Shown here: positions 12,557 to 25,027 of the stretch, one piece after another | Position numbering within the stretch: the first letter of the stretch is position 1 | Layout of the letters: every line of letters starts with the position of its first letter | Assembly: GCF_018977255.1 (NCBI RefSeq) | Contig: NW_024704743.1 | Coordinates: 41,914,001 to 41,978,000, forward strand | Origin: Callorhinchus milii | Taxonomy: Eukaryota | DNA length: 64,000 nt | Direction of reading: 5' to 3' | Notes under the pieces: model-generated | Databases searched by the model: none | The model's input: only the letters and a program-made list of their open reading frames with translations | What the model was told of the DNA's origin: nothing | Made by a program: the position numbers and the translations under genes

Positions 12557-12960
12557 GTGCTTTGCAAGATCCATTCAGCTAACCAGCACAAGGTCACTAT
12601 GAATGGTTGGTCTCACATCACTGAGGCTTTGTTCCAGGTGGAGCATAACTAGTGCTTCCAAAAGGTTCTGCAGCAAAGTATCACTGTACTCTATTTGATG
12701 AGACCCATCTTAATAAATAACCAACAGAAATCTTGGCGAAGAGAAATTCATACATTAATACATATTTCAGTTGCCCTCCAGGCAGGACTATATAAGCTTT
12801 CAAGATAATATCTAACATGTTCTTCCTTGGAGGCTGTCAACTGATATCATTGGTTCAATTTGTTTTTAATGAGAAATGTTCATTATGTAAAAGAAAGCAT
12901 CATCGACAAATCGTCTTTTGCAAAGATACACATTAATGTAATTATTAATGAAAGCAGTAC
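12557..12960 (+). repeat. Old local duplication, copy 2
   Basis: See 10745-11160. Confidence 0.85.
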
Positions 12961-13167
12961 AAAGTGGATGTTTTAAACTTTAAAATTAATGTTTAAAAAT
13001 ATTTTCAGATGGTTCTCTGGATTGCCTTAGCATTTTTCAGGCTAGTTAAAAGCATTATACATGCTTGACAACTCTTTGTACGATTAAAAATGTCACTGGC
13101 ATTCAATTGCCAGTTACTAGAGTTAGGGATCCGCTGCAAATGAACATTTGAGATGCATCAAAATGTA

Positions 13168-13358
13168 TAATAATAATAGTAATAATCCTTGCATTTGACA
13201 TAGCGCCTTTCTACATCGTTGAGACGTCTCACAGCGCTTCACAGAATATACTGTAAAATTAATTGACTGTATATTTGGTGGGTGAAAAGCAGCAGTCAAA
13301 GCAGTATTCCACAAACATTCGTGGATTGAGTGAATACATTTTTTTAAGGAACTATTAC
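13168..13358 (-). mobile_element. Young SINE 3' half
   Basis: aataatccttgcatttga..gcgcttcacagaatatactgtaaa..gtggattgagtga. Confidence 0.88.
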
Positions 13359-13377
13359 GATTTAAGAACTTGAAGCG

Positions 13378-13493
13378 GTTTGGGAAATTCTTTCAATTCA
13401 CTCTAATTTGAAAACTGCTCTCCCACAATTCTTAAAAAGAACTACAGAAAATTGGCTTCAAAATTCAGATTGAATTTAAGAATTTTCCAAAAT
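13378..13493. mobile_element. AT-rich palindromic (MITE-like) element
   Basis: tttgggaaattctttcaattc..aatttgaa and ttcaaaatt..gaatttaagaattttccaaa form inverted arms; similar to 6044-6166. Confidence 0.6.
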
Positions 13494-14764
13494 GGTACAC
13501 AATCCTGAATGCTAGGAGAATGGGTCTTAAGCTCTAAAACCATGACAAATTTCAGTTTATTGGTGTAACATGGCAATACTGTATGTGGCTGCTTCATTGA
13601 ACGAGCTCTAAAAGATGTATACAGTACATTGGAAGCTAAGTAGAATCTATTCTGAATATTAAGAAACGTTGTTGATTATTGAGTGTCAGATTGGCTTAAA
13701 CAAGCACCATACTGAGTTCTGCTGGATTTTCTAAGCGAACTAACTGTTTCCTGTCAAGAGGTTAGAGCATCTAATTGATTGGACACTTGCTTGTCATTTT
13801 AAATCTGCAACATTTCCAACTGTTTCACAGTAAATTGATTATACAAATTGTTTCCCCCTTTGCCTAGAATCCTACGTGTGCTGCCAATTCACATTTGTTT
13901 GGAAGTTTTTATTGTGATAGGATCACCCAAACAGGAGTAAATCAGTACAAAGTGTTGCATTTTATATAGTGCTTTATGATGTAGTTGAAATGCTTGAAAT
14001 CACTTCACAGGAGTTACTGGAAAGAATTGTGATGGTATTTTTGTAGGGTAACCCAGCAAACAATTTGTGGACAGCAATGTTCCACATCAAGTGAATTACC
14101 ATTTTTGTAACAATAATAATCCTTGTATTTGATGTAGTGCCTTATCACGTCACTAGGATATCTCAAAGTGCTTCACAGTGTAAGGTAACTGATCACTTTG
14201 GTAATCCCGAAGTAAGAATAAGTCAAACACTCAAACCATTAAGATGTCATAATTCGTCTGGATTTATAGTTAATGAGAACAACAATGAGCAACAGTTAAA
14301 GAGTTTAGTCTTACAACTGCAGAATACAACTCAGAACTGTCGAGTGAACATAGGTCGTAAACGTCATGAAAGCTTCGGTCACTTCTGACCCCAATGTTCT
14401 TCTCTTCTGACCAGAGTGTGACTGAATCTCAGTCTTTATACCCTCTTTTTCTGTGCAAACCATCACGCTTGCCTTTACCATGTAACGGCTTGTTTTAGCA
14501 CTTTGCATACCATACAGGACAGAGTCAAACCATGGCTGACCAAAGCTTGACTTTGAAGATAAGCTTGTCTCCAGTTTTCTGCAGATCAATGCATTCCATT
14601 TTTTAAAAAAATATATTTGGTATGGAAAGGGCAGCAGTTAATGACACAATGTTATAACCGTCTGCTAGTCGTTCCTCATTGATTCATTTATTCCAATCAG
14701 CAATACCCAAGTCCATCATGCACAACAGTGTTTTAGTTTGGTCAATATCCATACTGTGAAGGAT

Positions 14765-15085
14765 TCTGGATCTTACCACGGGAATTACTGTGAAATGGAA
14801 TGACTGTATATTTGTAGGCAAATGCGAAGGCACAAATGCATATAGCAATAGACGACAAACAACTATGAAATGAGTGACCAATTTTATTTGGGAGGTTGTT
14901 GGCCAGGCAAACTCTTTTTGAATAATGCTATGGGATCTTCAACATCTACCGAAACAGGCAAGTGGGACCTCGGTTTAACATCTCATGCAAAGGACGGTAT
15001 CTGGAGGATCGTTGGCTAGAACACTGGGAGGAACTCCGTTCACGTTTTATACTGCCATGTGATCTTTAATGTCCGATTGAACAGG
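14765..15085 (-). mobile_element. Old DeuSINE-like element with partial internal repeat
   Basis: ggaggttgttggccagg..tgggatcttcaacatc..cctcggtttaacatctca; core segment occurs twice. Confidence 0.75.
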
Positions 15086-15714
15086 CACTATAGCACCAGA
15101 AAGTGCAAAGTTATTTGCTTCCATTGGATTTCGAAAGTTTCTGCTGTTTGACCTCAAAAATGTGCATAGTAAGAGATCGCTTTAAGCAGGTTTAAATCCT
15201 TAATGCAAATCTCTTTTTTATTTTGTCTCGATATCAAAATTTGCTGCAGGCTAATAATTTAATATTTCCTGGCATGTGAAGTAACTGGGAGAAGTATTAA
15301 TATTTTTCTGTATAAACCATGGCATATTACATGCAGTCTTGAGTCATCCTGACTTGAAGTGATTGTGATCTCCAAGAAATGAAAGTATAAACTGAGCATT
15401 TGATTCAAGTTGAAGCGATTGGGCTGTGAGACAAGCATATAGTTCAAGACCAAAAGTTGAAAGCAATTTTAATTTCACCCATTGAAGATTGCTCTTTTGT
15501 ACCAACTTAACTATTTATTGATAATAGCAGTCGTAAGCTGTTAGGATCTCTATTTGGGAGGCAGCAAAATATGATACTGTATGATAATAATTATAATCCT
15601 TGCATTTGATATAGCTGCCTCATCAGGTCTTTGAGACATCTCAAAGTGCTTCACAGAATATACTGTAAAGCAAATTGACTGTATTGACTTGAGCATTGGC
15701 GGGGTGGGGGGTGA

Positions 15715-16081
15715 AGCACTTCACAAAATATACTGTGGAGTGGTGGTGTGACTGTGTATTTTGTGGGCAAGTAGTTGTAAATGGTCATGAAACCATTTAA
15801 AAATCCAGCTCTTTTCATACCTGAATCGAATCAGGCATTGCCCAGTGTAAAACTAAATCTTACAGTCCAGAAGGTTGTGGGTCCATTCTCCAGTCTGTGC
15901 TGATGCTTGCAGCCAATGTGACTACAATCAAAGTGCCACAATTGGCTTTTGTGCCCTCGGTTAAGGGGTGAAAAGTCAGCCAGGGTTTTGCACCTAATCA
16001 TAATCATGTGGCTCTTACAATGATGATTCATATTGGATTTGTCTATGATAGTCAAAAACCTTGCAACACTCACTGTCCAGG
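15715..16081 (+). repeat. Left arm of inverted duplication (SINE tail plus ancient tRNA-derived SINE)
   Basis: Reverse complement of ~18810-19200, including the junction atggtcatgaaaccatttaaaaatccagctctttt. Confidence 0.85.
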
Positions 16082-16559
16082 AATCGTCTTTCGACTTTGT
16101 GAGTTTTTACGATAACGTACATTATGAAAACTTAAAATAGACAATTTTTAACAAAAAACAAGCATGGTGACTCACTGTCACTGCTTTTGTTACAATGACA
16201 CACACTGAGACAGATGCACATAAAACCTTAAGACTCTAAAAGGAATTTATTCTTTCCTGTGTGGCACAGATATCTTTGTGAAAACTATGCGGTGTCACGA
16301 TCAAATTCCCTGTCATTCAGCAAAACTGTGCAGGGTTTTAATGGCTGAAAATAACCAGAAATTGTTTTTAAAATGATTCTACAAAGTTATAATATACACT
16401 GCTGTTCAAAATGAAATAGTATCCATATGATGAACAGTTATTGCATATATTAACTAAAACCAATACCAACCATATGCTCAGCTGAAATCTCTACATTCAC
16501 ACTTGACTAGTATTGCATTCTGTTACTTCTATACGTGTATTCAACTTTGCCGCATTACT

Positions 16560-18135
16560 TCTGTCTTTGATGATGGTGAATCTAATATTGAAAACATTGG
16601 CTCAGTAGAGGATTTTGTCAAATATATAGTCATTTGGGTATATAGATAAGACAAGGAAAAGAAGAGCCAAGGAAGGAGCCCTGGGGTACCCCGCTGGTAA
16701 CAGGGCGAGGGTGGGAGGAGAAACCATTTGCTGAGATGAAATGGAGGCGGTTGTTTAAGAAGTACTCGAACCATGTGAGTCCGGTCCCACTAAGGTGGAT
16801 GAGGGAGGAGAGGTGGTGGAGGAGGATGGTGTGGGACTGTGTCGAACACGGCAGAGAGATCCAGGAGGACGAGGAGGCAGAGGGAGACCTGGTCACAGAT
16901 AGAAAAGACTTTTTTTGTGACTTTGACAAGTGTTGTCTCTGTGCTGTGGGCAGGGAGAAAACCAGACTGCAGGGGTTTGAGGAGGGAGCGTAGGGAGAGG
17001 TGTGACCGAAGTTGACCTGCAACAATGTGATCCAGGATTTTGACAAGGAAGGGTAGGTTGGAGATGGGAAAGTAGTGTGAGAGATTAGAGGGATCGAGGG
17101 TGGGTTTTTGAGGAGGGGTGTGATGGCAGCGGTTTTCAGGAGGTGTGGAACAGCCTGAGGAGAGACTGGTTGACTGTGTCGGCCAGCAGAGGGGAGAGAA
17201 GGGGGAGTTGAGTGACCAGCAGCTGGGTGGGGAGGGGATCAGGGCAGCAGGTGGTGAACTTCATCCTGGTGATTATGGTTGAAAGGGAGGAGGAAGAAAT
17301 GTGGGCAAAGGAGTGCAAGGATGGGGGAGTGGCAGGAGCCCTGGCAGAGGGAGAAAGCGGCGTGGTTGGTCTGGGTAGGGTGGAAGGGGATATGGTCGGG
17401 AAGTGCGATGCAGCCAAGTAGAAGTTTTCAATTTTTGAGGCAAAGAAGTCTAGGACCTCTTCACACTTGCGTTTGATGTGAGGATAGAGGGGTCTTGAGG
17501 GGGTGCACGGAGGAGGTGATAATCAGTGGAAAACAGTCCTTTGGAGTGTTGTTTGCCTCCAGGATGACTTTGGAGTAAAAGTCAGTTTTCACCTGTGAAA
17601 GGTAGGTGCGGAGGTGTAGAGGTGCTCAAGCCCCAGCTGTTTGTGAATTGTGAGGCCTGATTTCTGCAAACTGCATTCGAGCAACCGAGTTTGTGTTTTG
17701 AGTGAGCCGAGGTGACTGCTATACCGGGGGAGTGGGTGGGTTTGGAAACAGCCCTGGATTTCAGGGGAGCCGGGAATTGAAGGTTGTGGAGTGATGGTCA
17801 TTCAGCAGCTTGATGTCTGGATCAGGATTGCTGAGGGTGGAGGCCAGAGGGGGAGGTGATTTTATGAGGGGTTAGCTTTTTCCAGGGGCGGAAAAGAAAT
17901 GATGGAGGGCTTGGAAGTGGGGAGAGGGATGTGGTTGGAGAGGGAGATGAGGAATTGGTCCGAGATGAACTTGTCCATGATAGACAGGTCAGAAATGTCA
18001 AGGCCATGTGTGATGATGAGATTGAGTGCCACGGTTGTGGATCGGCAAGTTGATGTGGAGGGTCAGGTTTAGGGAATTGAAGGTTGTGGAAAGACAGGCA
18101 TTCAGCAGGTGAGGTTTAGGGAGGAGAGGAGGGCA
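16560..18135 (-). mobile_element. L2 LINE ORF2 fragment (endonuclease end to RT), frameshifted
   Basis: Minus-strand motifs TTCCPDPLPT, LLDLSAVFDT, WFEYFLNNR, TSGVPQGSFLG. Confidence 0.93.
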
Positions 18136-18231
18136 GGAGGATTCCTTGGATTAATCACAATTTTCGGTTCGCAACACATGGTTTACAAACTCAGTCACCC
18201 CCGACTCACAAATCCAAAGCAAGAATTCAAA

Positions 18232-18385
18232 ACAGCAACTTGCACTTATATGGTGCCCTTCATGCAGGATAGCATCTCAGAGCGCTGCACAATAGCAAAG
18301 TTGGACACCGAGCGACCATAGATGTGGTTGAAGGTGTAAGTGTTAAGGAGGGCTTTAAAGATAGATAAAGAGGGGGCAAGGAAGG
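18232..18385 (-). mobile_element. L2 3' end
   Basis: acagcaacttgcacttatatggtgcccttcatg..; reverse frame FKALLNTYTFNHIYG. Confidence 0.8.
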
Positions 18386-18769
18386 CAGTTTGAACTTTAT
18401 GATAGACTGGCTGCACATTTTTGCCACAACTTTCACAAATTGGAAGGTGCAACTGATACAACAAATCTAGTTTGTCGACATTGCAAATTTTAGCCTGTAG
18501 AAATGCTTTTATTAAAATAAAATACCATTTCTGTTTAAATTATACCCAAAACAGATGGATCCAATTGCAATATATAACTCATTGTATTAATTCACTGCAT
18601 TTAAATGAAGGCTAGCTTCCCAAAAGATTTTCTCATTAACAGTAGAGGATTCCATTTTTTTTCTGCAGTAATTTGAAAATATAGTCATTTTTGAAAACAT
18701 TTTTGAAAGAAACTGATACATTTTCATCCATACTGTGAGTGAGTGAATGCTTTTGTAAGCAGGAAAGAG

Positions 18770-19256
18770 AAACGATGGCTAGGAAATGTGTTCATTCTAT
18801 AAGCGTAACCCTGGACAGTGAGTGTTGCAAGGTTTTTGATCATCACAGCCAAATCCAACATGAATCATCATCAAACATCCAAATCTGCGTTGTTTTCCAG
18901 TAAGATTATGATGAGGATCCGAACCCTGGTTGGCTTCCCATCCCTTAACCCAGGGCACAAAAGTCTATTATAACACTTTGATTGCTATCACATTGGCTGT
19001 AAGCAGACAGACACATCAGCACAGACTGGGGAAAGAACCCACAACTTCTAGACGGTAAGGTTCAGTTTTAAACTGGGCAAAGCCTGATTCAAATCAGCTA
19101 TTAAAAGAGCTGGATTTTTTAAATGGTTTTATGACCATTTACCACTTGTCCACAAAATTCACACAGTCACATCACTTCACAGTATATGTTGTGAAGCGCT
19201 TTGAGGTGTCTCGACGATGTGATAAGACACTATATCAAATGCAAGTGTTATTATTT
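18770..19256 (-). repeat. Right arm of inverted duplication (ancient SINE plus young-type SINE tail)
   Basis: ctggacagtgagtgttgcaaggtttttga is the reverse complement of 16052-16080; similarity continues to ~19200. Confidence 0.85.
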
Positions 19257-21205
19257 TTATCACTTTATTTCCTCCATTATAATTGCTGAAATAATAATAT
19301 ACATACATTTTGCGCAGTAGCTTACCATGCAAAATGTCTCACATTGCTTTGCACAGAGTTATTTTGAAGCACATTCATATTGATATATGTTGCAGTTCGT
19401 CTGTACCAGCATCATCCCACAAACAACACTGAATCCATTTTCAAGTAATATTTGCGATAAATGTAAGCAAATGCAATAGTCTGTTAATAATTCCACCAAA
19501 TCTTTAACATTGACCTGATTTGACACCTCATATCAATGATAGTACAGTGGATGGCTCAGCTGACACTAATGGCTCAAATTCCCATGCTGAACTAGATGGA
19601 ATTCATGATAGACTGGCTGCACATTTTTGCCGCAAGTTTCACAAATTAAAAGTTGCAACTGACGCAACAAACCTTCAAACTTAGAGGCAAAAGTGCAATG
19701 AAATGAGCCAAACTGGCCTCTCAGGGCAAAACATATTTTTTTGAAAAAATCGAGCCTGCTAATGTGTTAGCTGGTGTGCACTCATGTGGATACAGATAGC
19801 ATGCTGGTCATGGGCACATTTACATTTATAAATTCTTTTCCCCTACAGATTACAACAGTTAGTGCAGGAGCCATTTGATATGGTCATCAGTTCCCATTTA
19901 CTGTTACAAATTTAGTATTAGACACACGAGCTTCCTGAAGCTGTAGCTCTTTTTCATTTCCCTTCATTAATGTACTTAATCTTAATTCAAGCAAGTTAAA
20001 TAGCATTTTGTTAGCCTTGGTAATGTCAGGCAACAAGCCTGCTCAAAATGTGTTCAGTGATGTTGGATTGGAGCAACCATCTTGCCACCAAATTCTGGTT
20101 AAATAATTCAGTTTTATAAAGAGCCAGGCCAGTGTGATAAGCCACGCTATTCACTATTTCCATAGGTCCAGGATCTCCATTCTAAACACGGGACTCAATA
20201 AGCTTTTCAATAAGATGTGCTCAGTCAACAAAACTGCAGATTGCACTAATGTTATTATAGTGGCCAGAATATTGAGCCACTGTTTAACAAAAGTGTCCCC
20301 AAGGATCAGTTTGAAAGTACAGAACAAATGCATGTGCCCTGTCAGTTTCTCAGAAAGCAATGAAACTTTGGAAATATTCACTTTAAATTAGAATGTACTG
20401 AGTCTTGTCCGAATTGCATTGTATTCAAAAAATGTTATTGATTCAGGCTTGTGAGCAATTAAATCTAGTTAATGAGAGAAGCAACTATACTTGGGCTGGC
20501 AGATGCTCCGGAAACAGCAATTGTCATCAAGATGTTTATTCGGTTGGTCTCAGTCGGTGTCAATGGGAAATAATAATGGAGCATTCTTACAATCAATCTA
20601 TATTATGTTCCTGGAAAATGACACAAACAATCAAGATGAGAGAGCTGAACACAGCACTTTTAAATGTGGAGAACATCATTAGCATGTTAAAATATGCAGA
20701 GCACAGTATACATTGGTTAATCAAACAGTAAAGTGGAAAAGAATCTATGATACTCCAAGGCTAACTGTTTATGTTTATCAGCCAATATGACAAACATACT
20801 GTGCATTGTAATTGTGGAGACTATGGTTGTTTTAGATGTTAGTTTCATTTGGAGAAGGTGTGAATATTGCTTTTGTAAGGATCCTGAAGAATGTTATGGA
20901 ACATGTGACACAACACTGGAAAATCTTAACACAGCTTGCTATATAAAGCATGCTGTGTTCGTTTAACAGAGTAACAGATGCTAGAAATTGTGAAGCTGAA
21001 GTGCAGTTGCTGTGGCTCTGAACTTGCACTTCAGCAATAAAATTATTCTGTTCTTGAAGCCCTGTGGCACAAGCTCATTTCTTCTTCTGAGAATCAACTA
21101 GCAGGGTTACAATCTCAGTTATTCCTTGGGTTATCTTTTATGTCTCACTGAAAATATTCCTTTTTATTTCTCATTGAAAAGGTGACACGTCACAAAAAAA
21201 TTTAA

Positions 21206-21521
21206 GTGGAGTCCTGTATCTCAGTGGTTAGATCAGTCACTTCACAAGCAAGAGGCCTGGGTTCGATTCCCGGCAGGGTGAAACTTTGGACAAGTTTCCT
21301 ACTCCACACGCCTGATATTAATCCCTCAAGAAAAAAACAATAATAACTTGGTCACTTCAATCCACGATTGTTTGTGGGACACTGCTGTGCGCTATTGGCT
21401 GCCGCGTTTTGCCCACAAATACACAGTAAATTCACTTTACAGTATATTCTGTGAAGCGCTTTGAAATGTCTAGAAGACGTGAAAAGCACCATATCAAATG
21501 CAAGGATTATTATTATTATTA
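21206..21521 (+). mobile_element. Young tRNA-Ala/Deu-type SINE, full length
   Basis: gtggagtcctgtatctcagtggttaga (A box), ggttcgattcc (B box), Deu-like core, (ATT)n tail. Confidence 0.95.
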
Positions 21522-22798
21522 ACTCTTCAACTTTGCTATTCTTTCTTGATCATAATTCTTAATGCTGTGTTTGCTTTTCCTCCAACCACATACAGTACTT
21601 ATTTTTGAGCTGATCCATTCATAAAGACTATTATTACAATCAATGAATAATAAATATTGTAACATTGTTATAGTAAATACTTAGCTTACACTTCTGCATT
21701 TCAGTGACCAAACCTTTACTCACATCTAGGTTTTGAAATCTAATTTGTCTTAGAACTGCTTCCAGTTTGGAGTGAAAAATATAAACTACAATGCGATAAT
21801 TATCTCACCAACTAAACTGAGTAGCTGTGGGAGTGAAGCAAGCACCCCCACCCCCTCCTCCAGTTACAGTGAGCTAATTGAGATTGAAGTTGGTCTAAAG
21901 ATTTCAGCAGCTGTATAGTTGTTTCTGAAGTCATCATGTTGTTGAAATTCTAACACTCATGATGATTATCAAATCACATCATATTTTGCACCCCATAGTC
22001 TTCAGATTATTGTCTTCATTTTACCACTGTTCTGCCCAGGAACCCTGATATACCATACAATGTTGTAGTTCACTTTACAATATCAGAGGAACATAAAATG
22101 CTTCACGGAGTTGAAAATATAATATTCGTAAGTTGGAAGTCTGAGCTATTTGTAAATTCTGGTTTCCAATTAAAGCTTTTAACTGATAGATATCTATTTG
22201 TTATCTCTTTACACTATAAGCCATTTGTTATATAACATTGGTGATTCCTATCAAAGGAATGAACATTCCAAAGAAAAAACATATTTTACCTCTTTTTATA
22301 GGCTTGCAATTCAGTAAAAGAAGAGTATACAAAACATAATACAAAGGGAATCTTATTAAGGTGAGTCTGTATCTGGGTTTTTTTATTACATTGAGCAAAC
22401 CATAAGAACTACATATTAGATTTGTTATAGGGGAACTGCATTATTTCTAACCCGTTTATCTTAATGGTGATGGGAAAATGGTCATGAATGTCTAGAGTCT
22501 TGAAGATAAGATAAATTATATAAAGCAATCTCCTAACAGCATGTAAGATTTAGATCTTCCTCATAGATCAATAATCCTTATAAAACACTCCAACGTTTAC
22601 AAACTGTGTTATTTACAACTCCTTATCAAGGTCTAGTTTGAAATATATTTTTACAAGATTCCTTAATAAATGTGTAATTTTATTTAGTCAGCCAGATGTC
22701 TGAAAAACATGGAAACCCATCACCATGCTTGGGAGCCTCACACCAAACTATTATGAGTTCCACATATGTATGATTTCTGTTTGTCTTGTATAGAGTGT

Positions 22799-23127
22799 GT
22801 GGAGTCCTGTAGCTCAGTGGTTAGAGCACTCGCTTTGCAAGTGAGAGACCTGAGTTCAATTCCAGGCACAGGGCGAAACCTTTGGCAAGTTTCCTTACTC
22901 CACACAGAGCCTACTAATAATCCCTCCAAAAAACAAAACAATAATAAATTGGTCATTTTCAATCTACGACTGTTTGTTGGACATTGCTGTGTGCAATTGG
23001 CTGCCGCGTTCGCCCACAAATATACAGTCAATTTACTTTACAGTGTGTTCTGTGAAGCGCTTTGGGACGTCCTCCCGACGTGAAAAGCGCTATATCAAAT
23101 GCAAGGATTATTATTATTATTATTATT
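22799..23127 (+). mobile_element. Young tRNA-Ala(TGC)-derived SINE, full length (Deu-like core, L2-type tail)
   Basis: Head tgtagctcagtggttagagcactcgctTTGCaag..gagttcaattcc resembles tRNA-Ala; core ctgtttg..gctgtgtgcaattggctgccgcgtt; 3' stem-loop; (ATT)n tail. Confidence 0.96.
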
Positions 23128-24725
23128 TCTCCCCAGTGCAGGCATCCTTCCAATTTTTACCACAAATGCAGAAATGTTGCCGCTTTCTAGTAACCAGACA
23201 TATGTCACACTGATCCAGGGAATTCTGTTCCAACATACACTATTTCTGGAGATATATTGGGGCCAATGAAGACTTTGAAGGGGTTTCTTAATTAAGAAAT
23301 CCTATTAAGAAATACCGCAAATTCGACAGTTATCCCTCCTTCCCATGAATAAATAAATTTACATAATACCCTGCATAAAGATTAAAATGATATGACTCCC
23401 ATTTTGGTTGTTTAATAACACAGTGGATAAAATGAGTTTGAGTAATGAGTTGGAAGTACTAAATGTACAGAATGTATCTTGAATCCTTTCACATTAACAA
23501 AGGATGACAGCAACATATTATAGGCCTAGGTGAAGTTTCAGCCACTAAGATACAATTTGATTTCCATGCAATCTATGCAGATGAAGACAAATATTTAGCA
23601 ACAGTCAGATTTCCAATGTCTGTAGATCAGAGAGCTTTAATGTATTGTAGATGGCATATTAATGAAAACTCAGATGACTTAAGTGATCGCATTGTGCCTT
23701 TTACCTCACCTCAGCTCTCATCAACACCCATAATTTATGGCTTCAAAAACAAAAGAAAACAATATAAATGGAAAGAAAATCAAAAAATATAATGAGGACA
23801 GAATGATCAAAATGAAAAGGGCTGGATTAATTGTATGTGAAGGTTTAATGATCTACGCTCCTGAGGGAAAGCAGGCAACTAAGTATTAACCCTTTCATTG
23901 TTCAAAATCTTATCTCTCCAAATAGCCCCATTTTTGTTTTCATTTCCCCGTTTGATTTCTGTAAATTTGTAAAGTTAATTCTTATTAAAAACAGATTCTG
24001 GAGAAAAAATATGCAGGATTTAAAAATGATTCCATGTTACTGGTGCCAGCAAATTATCATTTGAAAGGTTATTTTAAATTTTAGGTTTGCATGCCAGCAT
24101 ATTGAAGCAGGCATCAAGACCGACAACATTGGGTGAGCAGTGAGAAATGCTGTACAGTAGAGAGTATAAATGGTATAGCCTTGTATCATTCCCTGTCTTA
24201 TCATCCTGATACTGCATAATGACATGACATGTTCCCAAACACTCATTTGAATGACTTTAACTCAGATTAAGGACATGATCATTAGCCATCATGGTGCTCA
24301 AGCTGTGCTTATTGAACAATTATTACATTAGGAAGAATTTGTTTTTCTGCAGGATTTGTTGGACATTCAGGCTTCTCAGGAGTTGAAAAAAATTAAAATG
24401 GATATCTGTAAGTAAAATAATATGTTTTTTAATTATATTCCTTTTGTTTCATCTGTGCCATTTCAACTGACCATTTCTCTAACTGGATGTTACACATATC
24501 TTGTTCCAACATCTTCATTCCTCAGCCTCTCTACGGTGGTCAGCCTAGTTCAGTTGGTATCACGCTTCTCTCTCAGCCAGAGGTTATGGGTTAAAACCCT
24601 GAGTAATTGAGCTCATAGTCTAAGTTGTCACTCTAGTGCATTACTGGCAGAATTCTGCATTTTCGAAGGCGCTAACTTTCAGATCGGGTTTTAAACCAAA
24701 ATAAAAGGAACCTGTTTGACTAATC

Positions 24726-25027
24726 TGAAACAAAACCAGAAGGTGTTGGGAAAACTCAGCAGGTCAGGCAGCATCTATGTAGAAAGGAAAGTGAGTGAAC
24801 GTTTCGGGTCCACGACCCTTCATCAGAACTGGGGCATGTTGGGAGTGAGAGGTTTTTAAGGACTAACAGAGAGGGGGGAGGCAGGGCAAGGAAGACAAAG
24901 GAGTAAATGGGATAGAGGGCAGGGGTCACTTCTTTGAACCATAGATGCTGCCTGACCTGCTGAGTGTTCCCAGAAACTTCTGTTTTTGTTTCCGATTTCC
25001 AGCATCTTGCATTCAGTATTCTGCGTT
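24726..25027. mobile_element. Penelope-like element remnant with inverted ends and a hammerhead motif
   Basis: Perfect 26-bp inverted repeat 24754-24779/24940-24965, imperfect 14-bp flanking direct repeats, minus-strand CTGATGA..GAAAC; family assignment from recall. Confidence 0.75.
24794..24831 (-). ncRNA. Putative minimal type I hammerhead ribozyme (helix I mismatch, possibly inactive)
   Basis: Minus strand: cagtt-CTGATGA-agggtc gtg gaccc-GAAA-CG-TT-cact. Confidence 0.6.

Noticed and set aside
22801..22868. tRNA-Ala(TGC) gene
   Set aside because: tRNA-like A/B boxes continue into a SINE body and tail, with no proper acceptor stem and many dispersed copies
22766..23213. Recurrent similar peptides (..[25 protein letters not shown]) as a gene family
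   Set aside because: Translations of the same SINE at multiple loci
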